Shown in pieces: positions 46,449 through 58,845 of a DNA stretch of 64,000 nucleotides. The stretch's first letter is position 1; each line of letters starts with the position of its first letter. The DNA is from Eledone cirrhosa. Taxonomy: Eukaryota. The position numbers were made by a program, and so were the translations under genes. The notes beneath the pieces are model-generated. The model was given only the letters and a program-made list of their open reading frames with translations. It did not search any database and had not been told where the DNA came from. The stretch lies in contig OZ024744.1 of NCBI GenBank assembly GCA_964016885.1, positions 119,412,001 to 119,476,000 on the forward strand, read 5' to 3'.

Positions 46449-47106
46449 AGGGCGGTGGATTGGCAGTATCAGTAGAAGGTCAAACGCCATGCTTTTACGC
46501 ATAGAGTTACGGCCCTTTCCATTCTGAGTTCAAATCCCGCCGAGGTTAACTTTGCCTTTCATCCTTACAGGGTCGATAAAATAAAGTACCAGTAATCATC
46601 ATCACCGTTTTACGTCCGTTCTTCCACGCTAGCATGGGTTAGACGAGTTTTCCTGTTGTGGGCAGTGCCTGGTGGGCTGACCATGCCTTGCTCATACAGG
46701 AACTGATCTGGCTTGATTTCTACAGCTGGATGCCCTTCCTAACACCAACCTCATTTACAGTGAGTGCTGGGTGCTTTTTCGTGGCGCCTACACGTCCACT
46801 TTACAGTGTGGGCTGGGTGCTTTTTTGCCGTGGCACCTCCACGACCACCTTGCGGTGGGGGGTGTGGGGGAATATTGTCCATATGCTTCAGCTTGTACCC
46901 ATGGGAGGTCGGGTACTCTGTATTACTGCGTGACGCCAGAGGTCACGGTCGTGTGTCATCGCCTTTGAGAGGTGTAATTGGGTAAGGTCAGCTTTTATCA
47001 CCTCATCCCAGGTCATCTTGGGTCTCCCCACTCCGTGGTTTCCATTACACTGGGTAATTGCTGGCCTTGTGCCAAAAGTAGAAACAATTATTATTATTAT
47101 TATTAT
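46449..47106 (+). mobile_element. Full-length SINE family A split in two (46449-46596 and 47047-47106) by a nested LINE fragment
   Basis: Head has A-box-like tggcagtatcagt and B-box gagttcaaatccc. The sequence stops at taccagtaat and resumes at cactgggtaattgctggcc, as in intact copies. Confidence 0.9.
46597..47046 (-). mobile_element. 5'-truncated RTE-type LINE: ORF2 C-terminus, 3' UTR and (GAT)n tail
   Basis: Minus-strand translation NGNHGVGRPKMTWDEVIKADLTQLHLSKAMTHDRDLWRHAVIQSTRPPMGTS* (stop at 46890-46888) has the RTE GRP..W...D....DR..WR signature. The 3' end is shared with 56838-56994 and 61938-62043. Confidence 0.85.
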
Positions 47107-47107
47107 A

Positions 47108-47306
47108 AAGAGTGGAGGATTGGCAGTATCGGTAGAGAATCGGACGCCATGCTTTCCAGCATAGTTACGTCCCTTTACGGTCTGAGTTCAAATCCCGCCG
47201 AGGTTTACTTTGCCTTTCATCCTTACAGGGTCGATAAAATAAAGTACCAGTAATGCACTGGATAATTGCTGGCCTTGTGCCTAAAGTAGAAACAATTATT
47301 ATTATA
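47108..47306 (+). mobile_element. Full-length tRNA-derived SINE family A with a Meta-domain-like core and (ATT)n tail
   Basis: A-box-like tggcagtatcggt, B-box gagttcaaatccc, core gcctttcatccttacagggtcgataaaataaagtaccag, ATT tail. About eight related copies or fragments occur in the window. The Meta-domain label is from memory. Confidence 0.9.
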
Positions 47307-47444
47307 TACTTTGTAATATTTAATTATTGTTTCCCAAATACCATGTCCGTATTTTATATTATCAACTTAAATTCTCAAATTGATTGATAAATATAAAATA
47401 AAAAACAAAGAATCGATCAACAAGATCCCAGACATCGTTATTGT

Positions 47445-50400
47445 AGGGAGACAATGTTTCCATTAGTCTTTCCATTGCTGACACTGTCTACTTAGGGAGA
47501 CAATGTTTCCATTAGTCTTTCCATTGCTGACACTGTGTACTTAGGGAGACAATGTTTCCATTAGTCTTTCCATTGCTGACACTGTCTACTTAGGGAGACA
47601 CTGTTTCCATTAGTCTTTCCATTGCTGACACTGTCTACTTAGGGAGACAATGTTTCCATTAGTCTTTCCATTGCTGACACTGTCTACTTAGGGAGACACT
47701 GTTTCCATTAGTCTTTCCATTGCTGACACTGTCTACTTAGGGAGACAATGTTTCCATTAGTCTTTCCATTGCTGACACTGTCTACTTAGGGAGACACTGT
47801 TTCCATTAGTCTTTCCATTGCTGACACTGTCTACTTAGGGAGACAATGTTTCCATTAGTCTTTCCATTGCTGACACTGTCTACTTAGGGAGACACTGTTT
47901 CCATTAGTCTTTCCATTGCTGACACTGTCTACTTAGGGAGACACTGTTTCCATTAGTCTTTCCATTGCTGACACTGTCTACTTAGGGAGACACTGTTTCC
48001 ATTAGTCTTTCCATTGCTGACACTGTCTACTTAGGGAGACACTGTTTCCATTAGTCTTTCCATTGCTGACACTGTCTACTTAGGGAGACAATGTTTCCAT
48101 TAGTCTTTCCATTGCTGACACTGTCTACTTAGGGAGACACTGTTTCCATTGCTGACACTGTCTACTTAGGAGACACTGTTTCCATTAGTCTTTCCATTGC
48201 TGACACTGTCTACTTAGGGAGACAATGTTTCCATTAGTCTTTCCATTGCTGACACTGTCTACTTAGGAGACAATGTTTCCATTAGTCTTTCCATTGCTGA
48301 CACTGTCTACTTAGGGAGACAATGTTTCCATTAGTCTTTCCATTGCTGACACTGTCTACTTAGGAGACACTGTTTCCATTAGTCTTTCCATTGCTGACAC
48401 TGTCTACTTAGGAGACACTGTTTCCATTAGTCTTTCCATTGCTGACACTGTCTACTTAGGGAGACACTGTTTCCATTAGTCTTTCCATTGCTGACACTGT
48501 CTACTTAGGAGACACTGTTTCCATTAGTCTTTCCATTGCTGACACTGTCTACTTAGGGAGACACTGTTTCCATTAGTCTTTCCATTGCTGACACTGTCTA
48601 CTTAGGGAGACAATGTTTCCATTAGTCTTTCCATTGCTGACACTGTCTACTTAGGAGACACTGTTTCCATTAGTCTTTCCATTGCTGACACTGTCTACTT
48701 AGGAGACAATGTTTCCATTAGTCTTTCCATTGCTGACACTGTCTACTTAGGGAGACAATGTTTCCATTAGTCTTTCTATTGCTGACACTGTCTACTTAGG
48801 AGACAATGTTTCCATTAGTCTTTCCATTGCTGACACTGTCTACTTAGGAGACAATGTTTCCATTAGTCTTTCCATTGCTGACACTGTCTACTTAGGGAGA
48901 CACTGTTTCCATTAGTCTTTCCATTGCTGACACTGTCTACTTAGGGAGACAATGTTTCCATTAGTCTTTCCATTGCTGACACTGTCTACTTAGGGAGACA
49001 ATGTTTCCATTAGTCTTTCCATTGCTGACACTGTCTACTTAGGGAGACAATGTTTCCATTAGTCTTTCCATTGCTGACACTGTCTACTTAGGGAGACAAT
49101 GTTTCCATTAGTCTTTCCATTGCTGACACTGTCTACTTAGGGAGACAATGTTTCCATTAGTCTTTCCATTGCTGACACTGTCTACTTAGGAGACACTGTT
49201 TCCATTAGTCTTTCCATTGCTGACACTGTGTACTTAGGGAGACAATGTTTCCATTAGTCTTTCCATTGCTGACACTGTCTACTTAGGGAGACACTGTTTC
49301 CATTAGTCTTTCCATTGCTGACACTGTGTACTTAGGGAGACAATGTTTCCATTAGTCTTTCCATTGCTGACACTGTCTACTTAGGGAGACAATGTTTCCA
49401 TTAGTCTTTCCATTGCTGACACTGTCTACTTAGGGAGACACTGTTTCCATTAGTCTTTCCATTGCTGACACTGTGTACTTAGGGAGACAATGTTTCCATT
49501 AGTCTTTCCATTGCTGACACTGTCTACTTAGGGAGACAATGTTTCCATTAGTCTTTCCATTGCTGACACTGTCTACTTAGGGAGACACTGTTTCCATTAG
49601 TCTTTCCATTGCTGACACTGTCTACTTAGGGAGACAATGTTTCCATTAGTCTTTCCATTGCTGACACTGTCTACTTAGGGAGACAATGTTTCCATTAGTC
49701 TTTCCATTGCTGACACTGTCTACTTAGGGAGACAATGTTTCCATTAGTCTTTCCATTGCTGACACTGTCTACTTAGGGAGACACTGTTTCCATTAGTCTT
49801 TCCATTGCTGACACTGTCTACTTAGGAGACACTGTTTCCATTAGTCTTTCCATTGCTGACACTGTCTACTTAGGGAGACAATGTTTCCATTAGTCTTTCC
49901 ATTGCTGACACTGTCTACTTAGGAGACACTGTTTCCATTAGTCTTTCCATTGCTGACACTGTCTACTTAGGAGACAATGTTTCCATTAGTCTTTCCATTG
50001 CTGACACTGTCTACTTAGGGAGACAATGTTTCCATTAGTCTTTCCATTGCTGACACTGTCTACTTAGGAGACAATGTTTCCATTAGTCTTTCCATTGCTG
50101 ACACTGTCTACTTAGGGAGACACTGTTTCCATTAGTCTTTCCATTGCTGACACTGTCTACTTAGGGAGACAATGTTTCCATTAGTCTTTCCATTGCTGAC
50201 ACTGTCTACTTAGGGAGACAATGTTTCCATTAGTCTTTCCATTGCTGACACTGTCTACTTAGGGAGACAATGTTTCCATTAGTCTTTCCATTGCTGACAC
50301 TGTCTACTTAGGGAGACAATGTTTCCATTAGTCTTTCCATTGCTGACACTGTCTACTTAGGGAGACAATGTTTCCATTAGTCTTTCCATTGCTGACACTG

Positions 50401-51185
50401 TCTACTTAGGAGACACTGTTTCCATTAGTCTTTCCATTGCTGACACTGTCTACTTAGGGAGACAATGTTTCCATTAGTCTTTCCATTGCTGACACTGTCT
50501 ACTTAGGAGACACTGTTTCCATTAGTCTTTCCATTGCTGACACTGTGTACTTAGGGAGACAATGTTTCCATTAGTCTTTCCATTGCTGACACTGTCTACT
50601 TAGGAGACACTGTTTCCATTAGTCTTTCCATTGCTGACACTGTGTACTTAGGGAGACACTGTTTCCATTAGTCTTTCCATTGCTGACACTGTCTACTTAG
50701 GGAGACAATGTTTCCATTAGTCTTTCCATTGCTGACACTGTCTACTTAGGGAGACAATGTTTCCATTAGTCTTTCCATTGCTGACACTGTCTACTTAGGG
50801 AGACAATGTTTCCATTAGTCTTTCCATTGCTGACACTGTCTACTTAGGGAGACACTGTTTCCATTAGTCTTTCCATTGCTGACACTGTCTACTTAGGGAG
50901 ACAATGTTTCCATTAGTCTTTCCATTGCTGACACTGTCTACTTAGGAGACACTGTTTCCATTAGTCTTTCCATTGCTGACACTGTGTACTTAGGGAGACA
51001 ATGTTTCCATTAGTCTTTCCATTGCTGACACTGTCTACTTAGGAGACACTGTTTCCATTAGTCTTTCCATTGCTGACACTGTGTACTTAGGGAGACACTG
51101 TTTCCATTAGTCTTTCCATTGCTGACACTGTCTACTTAGGGAGACACTGTTTCCATTAGTCTTTCCATTGCTGACACTGTCTACT
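47445..51185. repeat. 49-bp minisatellite, about 76 copies, highly homogeneous
   Basis: Unit agggagacaatgtttccattagtctttccattgctgacactgtctactt. Variants are caat/cact, ggg/gg and tct/tgt. One unit near 48140 lacks the 12-bp internal repeat. Confidence 0.99.
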
Positions 51186-51321
51186 GGTTACAATTCTTCA
51201 CAAAAAGAGCAATGGGAAATAAAGTGTGTTGCTCAAGGACATAACACATCATCAGGTCCTGGAATTGAACTCACACACTCTTGCGAATCTAGTTTTTTAA
51301 CCCCTCAGCCACCTGTCTTCC
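51186..51321 (-). mobile_element. tRNA-derived SINE head (family C-related) adjoining the 49-bp array
   Basis: gaaataaagtgtgttgctcaaggacataacac...ggaattgaactc: reverse B-box plus the conserved block also seen at 57090-57120. Confidence 0.75.
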
Positions 51322-51429
51322 CTAAATTGATTGATATTTGCTATTAATGAACTGAAACAAAGTTATGCTTGGCTACCTGGTGTCAGAAAACTAAAATACC
51401 TACAGCATTTTAGCAGGAGTCCCTTAAAA

Positions 51430-51638
51430 TAGGCATGTCAAACTGAAGGTCCCTCGATGGCCACATGAGTCACACATCTGTCGTCTGAGAGCCACACATG
51501 ACAACTAATTGCGTACATTACTACTAATTCTTTGTATTTTATATTATAAAATAAAAAACAAGGAATCGATCAACAAGATCTGTAAAAACCTTTTTTGGGG
51601 CCCCATTCGGGCCACAGACTGCATGCTCGACATACCTG
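51430..51638. mobile_element. Possible decayed hAT-like MITE
   Basis: Imperfect terminal inverted repeats taggcatgtcaaac / gctcgacatacctg resemble hAT CAGG..TGTCAAAC ends. No convincing 8-bp TSD. Confidence 0.4.
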
Positions 51639-52291
51639 ATTAGAATGTGGCTGGCCACAACAAATTTGTTGGTGGCTACAGCTACATCAAAATGGAAACC
51701 TTATCCCTAGGGTACTGACAAAGAACAGTGTTATGTCAAAGGGAAGCACTTGTCAGTAACACCATCAATCAACTTCAGAACCAGGGGCAAGTAGTCATGG
51801 CGATGAAGAGTGGTACAAAAAACATCCCTCCTTAACCATGTCTACCAACACACACACACTGTAAAATTAAAGTGATCCATAAATGGAGATAAGCCATTAT
51901 AATCACTTCAAATGAAGGTCTGTTAAATGCATGGTATCATGACGCAACTATTTCATAGAAATACGTATCATGGCTATGTATTAACTGTATCCTACACTAC
52001 CCATGTGATAGCATATCAAAATTGGTAGAATATACATATCAAGTGGTTTTCCATATTAAATTGGTTTTGCTGGTTGGAGCAACACAATCACAACTCCAAC
52101 TACCATTTAGGAAACACTCTATAAACAAGAATATATATACACACACACACACAGTTTACCAAAGTCACTGATGTTATTTCATAGACCTCCAGCCATGACC
52201 CACTCATTGAATGAGACAATAAGTTTGTGGTTGTGAAACTACATCTTCATGTTCAGAGTCTCACATAATAGTTATATAGGGAGTACAGTGT

Positions 52292-53126
52292 TCTGGTAAA
52301 GATAGGTCACATATCTCACACCTGGTAAAGATACAACACATATCTCCTGGTAAAGATATGTCACATATCTCACACCCGGTAAAGATATGTCACATATCTC
52401 CTGGTAAAGATATGTCACATATCTCACACCTGGTAAAGATATGTCACATATCTCCTGGTAAAGATACAACACATATCTCTTGGTAAAGATATGTCACATA
52501 TCTCACACCTAGTAAAGATATGTCACATATCTCCTGGTAAAGATATGTCACATATCTCACACCTGGTAAAGATAGGTCACATATCTCACACCTGGTAAAG
52601 ATACAACACATATCTCCTGGTAAAGATATGTCACATATCTCACACCTGGTAAAGATAGGTCACATATCTCACACCTGGTAAAGATACAACACATATCTCC
52701 TGGTAAAGATATGTCACATATCTCCTGGTAAAGATATGTCACATATCTCACACCTGGTAAAGATACAACACATATCTCCTGGTAAAGATATGTCACATAT
52801 CTCACACCTGGTAAAGATATGTCACATATCTCCTGGTAAAGATACAACACATATCTCTTGGTAAAGATATGTCACATATCTCACACCTAGTAAAGATATG
52901 TCACATATCTCACACCTGGTAAAGATAGGTCACATATCTCACACCTGGTAAAGATACAACACATATCTCCTGGTAAAGATATGTCACATATCTCACACCT
53001 GGTAAAGATAGGTCACATATCTCCTGGTAAAGATATGTCACATATCTCACACCTGGTAAAGATATGTCACATATCTCCTGGTAAAGATACAACATATACC
53101 TCCTGGTAAAGATATGTCACATATCT
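52292..53126. repeat. 25/29-bp minisatellite, about 31 copies
   Basis: Unit cctggtaaagatatgtcacatatct with optional caca; variants gataggtc and gatacaac. A 25+29 = 54-bp dimer explains the 18-aa periodic ORFs. Confidence 0.98.
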
Positions 53127-53292
53127 AAGATACGTCACATAGCTAACTCCTCGACGGATTCGATTTCTATGCAATATTCTGCCTATCACAGTTATTAAAA
53201 TTGCAGTATCCAGAAATTGTACAATATAAGTAGATATTACGCAATTGGGTTATGACATTTCTTCAGCAGGAAATGCCCATACTCAACACGTC

Positions 53293-53378
53293 TTAACCCC
53301 TAGCATTCACATTGAATTGTCAATTGTCATGTTCATCTATTCGCATTATTTTCACTTAATTATACTCAAGAGGGTTAT
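53293..53378 (+). mobile_element. Short or internally deleted piggyBac-like MITE fragment
   Basis: ttaa|cccctagcattcacatt...gaggg|ttat. Resembles an Octopus TTAA-MITE 5' end recalled from memory. Confidence 0.45.
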
Positions 53379-53512
53379 CAATTTTATTTGTTTGTAATTA
53401 CTTTAATTTTCTATGTGCAGACTTGAAATTTTGTCAGTAGATGTTTAAAGAACTATAATTTACAATTATATATTTTTACCTGATTTTTTTTGTTAAATTT
53501 GACTTTTATGGG

Positions 53513-53884
53513 CAGGTGAAATTAATTAACAGGTGTAAAAGTAATAACTTTATGGATAAACACAAAAATTTAAACTTTATCTGCCTTACCTGTTAGATTT
53601 GTTGCAAAAAAATCCAATAATGATCTAGATGCTGATTTCCATCAATTCTAGCAGTTTTCCGAACAGGTGAATTAATTAAAAATGCAGGTGTAATCAGTAC
53701 AAGGTTTTAGTCTTTCTCTACATTCCAGGCAAATATTTTCATTGAAAAAAATGTATAAAACCTTTTCACCAGTCAAAATAATATTGGCAATGTACTCTTA
53801 CACAATGTACGGTGTAAATTTACGTAACAGAATGTTCCCAATATATAAGTTCATTAACAGGTGTGACACAGGTGAATGCAGGTG
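53513..53884 (+). promoter_or_regulatory. Cluster of seven co-oriented CAGGTG (E2-box) motifs; candidate cis-regulatory element or decayed repeat
   Basis: CAGGTG at 53513, 53530, 53664, 53685, 53858, 53869 and 53879 in AT-rich DNA. The motifs are certain; function is inferred. Confidence 0.35.
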
Positions 53885-54581
53885 TTTTTGTATATGTGTT
53901 CTAATATATTTTTAAAATATTGTTTTCAATATTGTCAGGCAATATTTCTATCGTGATACTGCCCAAAACACCCTTTACATAATGGCTCTTTGCAAAGGTT
54001 CACAAATCTAGCAGTCCTACATTATATATATAACAATGGCATGAATTGATATAAAATCATATTGATTTAGTTGTACCATAAAAGCTCAATGAAAGATGTG
54101 GAAATATGATAATCCAGAGTATTCTCATACAATAATATGGAAACAACAATAATTATATTTTGTAATACAATAATTATATTTTGTAATACATGTGACATGT
54201 AGGGAATGTTAGTAATTTACAATCAATTTCCTTTGACTATAGCATGGTTTTAGACCAAGAGAAAAATTATAGCAGTTCTTATAAAAGACAAAGGTCTTCA
54301 TCAGTAGGTATGTCTGGAGTGCTATAAAATATATAATGGCCATGGAGGGTTCACATTGAAAAATGAACTCACATATATATGTATATGTATTTTATATATA
54401 TATAAATATGTGTGTGTGTATATGGGTAAAGAGTAAAGACCCCCTTCAGGTCAACAATGACCATGGGATTTGCACCTAGAAAGTTCCCCACCAAGGCACA
54501 AGTCCAGACAAGGTTGTTTGTGGAAGACCAACAGTCACCCATGTATACCAGTCACCCCTCTCCACACTGCCGATGATGCCC

Positions 54582-56837
54582 GGGGGACAGGTAATGTCTG
54601 ATACAGCTTGGTACCAGTGACAACACAACTATATATATACTATATATATATTATATATGATGTTGTCCAAGAGAAAGGTAATGTCTGATACAGCTTGGTA
54701 CCAGTGACATCACAACTATATATATACTATATATATTATATATGATGTTGTCCAAGGGAAAGGTAATGTCTGATACAGCTTGGTACCAGTGACATCACAA
54801 CTATATATATACTATATATATTATATATGATGTTGTCCAAGGGAAAGGTAATGTCTGATACAGCTTGGTACCAGTGACATCACAACTATATATATACTAT
54901 ATATATTATATATGATGTTGTCCAAGAGAAAGGTAATGTTTGATACAGCTTGGTACCAGTGACATCACAACTATATATATTATATATATTATATATGATG
55001 TTGTCCAAGGGAAAGGTTATGTCTGATACAGCTTGGTACCAGTGACATCAGAACTATATATATACTATATATATTATATATGATGTTGTCCAAGAGAAAG
55101 GTAATGTCTGATACAGCTTGGTACCAGTGACATCACAACTATATATATACTATATATATTATATATGATGTTGTACAAGGGACAGGTAATGTCTGATACA
55201 GCTTGGTACCAGTGACATCACAACTATATATATACTATATATATATTATATAAGATGTTGTCCAAGGGTAAGGTAATGTCTGATACAGCTTGGTACCAGT
55301 GACATCAGAACTATATATATACAATATATATTATATATGATGTTGTCCAAGAGAAAGGTAATGTCTGATACAGCTTGGTACCAGTGACATCACAACTATA
55401 TATATACTATATATATATTATATAAGATGTTGTCCAAGGGTAAGGTAATGTCTGATACAGCTTGGTACCAGTGACATCAGAACTATATATATACAATATA
55501 TATTATATATGATGTTGTCCAAGAGAAAGGTAATGTCTGATACAGCTTGGTACCAGTGACATCACAACTATATATATATTATATATATTATATATATGAT
55601 GTTGTCCAAGGGTAAGGTAATGTCTGATACAGCTTGGTACCAGTGACATCACAACTATATATATACTATATATAGATTATATATGATGTTGTCCAAGAGA
55701 AAGGTAATGTCTGATACAGCTTGGTACCAGTGACATCACAACTATATATATACTATATATATTATATATGATGTTGTCCAAGAGAAAGGTAATGTCTGAT
55801 ACAGCTTGGTACCAGTGACATCACAACTATATATATACTATATATATATATTATATATGATGTTGTCCAAGAGAAAGGTAATGTCTGATACAGCTTGGTA
55901 CCAGTGACATCACAACTATATATATACTATATATATATTATATATGATGTTGACCAAGGGAAAGGTAATGTCTGATACAGCTTGGTACCAGTGACATCAC
56001 AACTATATATATACTATATATATATATTATATATGATGTTGACCAAGGGAAAGGTAATGTCTGATACAGCTTGGTACCAGTGACATCACAACTATATATA
56101 TACTATATATATTATATATGATGTTGTCCAAGAGAAAGGTAATGTCTGATACAGCTTGGTACCAGTGCCATCACAACTATATATATACTATATATATTAT
56201 ATATGATGTTGTCCAAGAGAAAGGTAATGTCTGATACAGCTTGGTACCAGTGACATCACAACTATATATATACTATATATATTATATATGATGTTGACCA
56301 AGGGAAAGGTAATGTCTGATACAGTTTGGTACCAGTGACATCACAACTATATATATACTATATATATTATATATGATCTGAGTTCAAATCCCGCCGAGGT
56401 TAACTTTGCCTTTCATCCTTACGGGGTCGATAAAATAAAGTACCAGTAATGCACTGGAATAATTGCTGGCCTTGTGCCAAAAAAGTAGAAACAATTATAT
56501 ATGATGTTGTCCAAGGGAAAGGTAATGTCTGATACAGCTTGGTACCAGTGACACCACAACTATATATATACTATATATATTATATATGATGTTGTCCAAG
56601 GCAGAGGTAATGTCTAATACAGCTTGGTACCAGTGACATCACAACTATATATATACTATATATATTATATATGATGTTGTCCAAGGCAGAGGTAATGTCT
56701 GATACAGCTTGGTACCAGTGACATCACAACTATATATATACTATATATATTATATATGATGTTGTCCAAGAGAAAGGTAATGTCTGATACAGTTTGGTAC
56801 CAGTGACATCACAACTATATATATATGCTATATATAT
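54582..56837. repeat. ~85-89-bp composite minisatellite (59-bp SINE-derived core plus a TA-rich tract), about 25 copies
   Basis: Core gatgttgtccaagagaaaggtaatgtctgatacagcttggtaccagtgacatcacaact followed by atatatatactatatatattatatat; period 85 (54661 to 54746). Confidence 0.97.
56378..56493 (+). mobile_element. 5'-truncated SINE family A inserted into the 85-bp array with a 12-bp TSD
   Basis: attatatatgat at both 56366-56377 and 56494-56505 flanks ctgagttcaaatcccgccgagg...gtagaaaca. Confidence 0.9.
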
Positions 56838-56994
56838 TGTAAACGTGGTTGGTGTTAGGAAGGGCATCCAACCATAGAAAACCTGCCAGACAGTCCTATA
56901 CGAGCAAGACAACCAATCTTGCCTCAAGTAGGACAATTCCCATCTAAACCCATGCTAGCGTGGAAGATAGATGTTAAACGATGATGATGATGAT
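56838..56994 (+). mobile_element. 3' end of an RTE-related retroelement with (GAT)n tail
   Basis: ggttggtgttaggaagggcatcca...cccatgctagcgtggaa...gttaaacgatgatgatgat matches the reverse complement of 46597-46750. Confidence 0.85.
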
Positions 56995-57139
56995 ATATAT
57001 ATATGATGTTGTCCAAGAGAAAGGCAATGGTACAATGATACAACTTGGCACCAGTAGTATCACAACTCATTTCTACAGCTGATTAAACTGAAATAAAGTG
57101 TCTTGCTCAAGGACACAACACACCACCCAATCTGTGAAT

Positions 57140-57528
57140 GGGGAAAGAAAGATCAGAAAAAGCGACAGTAACCTCGATTGCTAGGGCCCTTTCACAGTTG
57201 TTTTCCTTCAATTTACAGGTGTATACTTAGAGCAGGCCTATTCAATTGGACCATACTCACCTCTCTCACCCACCTTTCAACAAACTGCTTGGAAGGCAGC
57301 ATTTCCGTCTCCACACTGATTTTTCTCTTTAAGTGAAACCAGAAAAAGTTTATCAGGGCTTTGCCGAAGAAGAGAGTGCCTGCCTTCAAGCCTTTCAGAT
57401 GCTTCCACCACACTACCTAAAATCAGTATTTCCTAGTTAAAGGAAGGTGGTGGGGTGATCTCCACAATGGACTCAGTTGGTAGCCGGATTCGCCGCACAC
57501 GTGGCAGCTAGTGTTCAACATAAACCCA
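57140..57528 (-). mobile_element. Decayed L1/Tx1-like LINE, ORF2 C-terminus and 3' UTR
   Basis: Minus strand: VEH*LPRVRRIRLPTESIVEITPPPSFN*EIL then VVWWKHLKGLKAGTLFFGKALINFFWFHLKRKISVETEMLPSKQFVERWVREVSMVQLNRPALSIHL*. The W..R...F..RW pattern resembles L1/Tx1 ORF2 ends. Contains internal stops. The clade call is from memory. Confidence 0.55.
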
Positions 57529-57541
57529 CAATGGAAATAAT

Positions 57542-57610
57542 TGTTTCTACTTTAGGCACAAGGCCAGCAATTATCCAGTACATTACTGGTACTTTATTTT
57601 ATCGACCCCG
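57542..57610 (-). mobile_element. Short SINE family A 3' fragment with a 13-bp TSD
   Basis: Flanked by caatggaaataat at 57529-57541 and 57611-57623. Confidence 0.9.
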
Positions 57611-57920
57611 CAATGGAAATAATATAAGAAAATGAACTGTGTGTATATTTACTGTAGTTTGTATTGAGAAAAAAATTTATCTTCCTCAAAAAATTAAACA
57701 TGATCAGAGAAAGGCAAGTAGAGGCTGGAGGTGTCAATTTATCATCTAAATCCCTGCTAAAATTATTAACAGTTCTAAAGGTCAGATTATTACACGATAG
57801 AAACGATAACTTTTTTAAAATTTTACTTAAGAAACAAAGGATTAAAATATAGTAAGGGAGGTAACCTGCCTCCAATTTCGTGTCTTAACATTCAGTTTAG
57901 TTTACGCAACACTTTTTTCA

Positions 57921-58812
57921 ACACACACACACACATATATAACCCATATATACATTACACACACACACACACATATATAACCCATATATACATTACACAC
58001 ACACACACATATATAACCCATATATACATTACACACACACACACACATATATAACCCATATATACATTACACACACACACACATATGTAACCCATATATA
58101 CATTACACACACACACACACACATATATACAACCCATATATACAGTACACACACACACACATATAACCCATATATACAGTACACACACACACACATATAA
58201 CCCATATATACATTACACACACACATATATAACCCATATATACATTACACACACACACACACATATATATAACCCATATATACATTACACACACACACAC
58301 ACACACATATATAACCCATATATACATTACACACACACACACACACATATATAACCCATATATACATTACACACACACACACACACATATATAACCCATA
58401 TATACATTACACACACACACATATATAACCCATATATACATTACACACACACACACACACATATATATAACCCATATATACATTACACACACACACACAT
58501 ATATATAACCCATATATACATTACACACACACACACACACACATATATAACCCATATATACATTACACACACACACACATATATAACCCATATATACATT
58601 ACACACACACACACACACACATATATAACCCATATATACATTACACACACACACATATATAACCCATATATACATTACACACACACACATATATAACCCA
58701 TATATACATTACACACACACATATATAACCCATATATACATTACACACACACACACATATATAACCCATATATACATTACACACACACACATATATAACC
58801 CATATATACATT

Positions 58813-58845
<33 letters not shown>

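Larger units (their letters stand above)
54424..57132 (-). mobile_element. SINE family C copy split by amplification of its own internal segment (parts at 54424-54630 and 57005-57132)
   Basis: The left part taaagaccccc...gatacagcttggtaccagtgac and the right part gatgttgtccaag...catttctacagctg...aaataaagtgtcttgctcaaggacacaacac are collinear with the reverse complement of 43405-43655. Confidence 0.8.

Noticed and set aside
47108-47200. tRNA gene suggested by A/B boxes (also at 43405, 46449 and 62190)
   Set aside because: No complete cloverleaf is evident, and the boxes are followed by SINE bodies and tails.
46658-47253. Several overlapping plus-strand ORFs
   Set aside because: They are antisense to an RTE 3' end or run through SINE sequence.
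52272-53095. ORFs with 18-aa repeats (EICDISLPGVRYVTYLYQ)
   Set aside because: These follow from the 25+29-bp dimer. The frame breaks whenever unit order changes.
57594-57875. Opposing 93-aa and 62-aa ORFs
   Set aside because: AT-rich, no recognisable domain, non-ATG starts, and one runs into a SINE.
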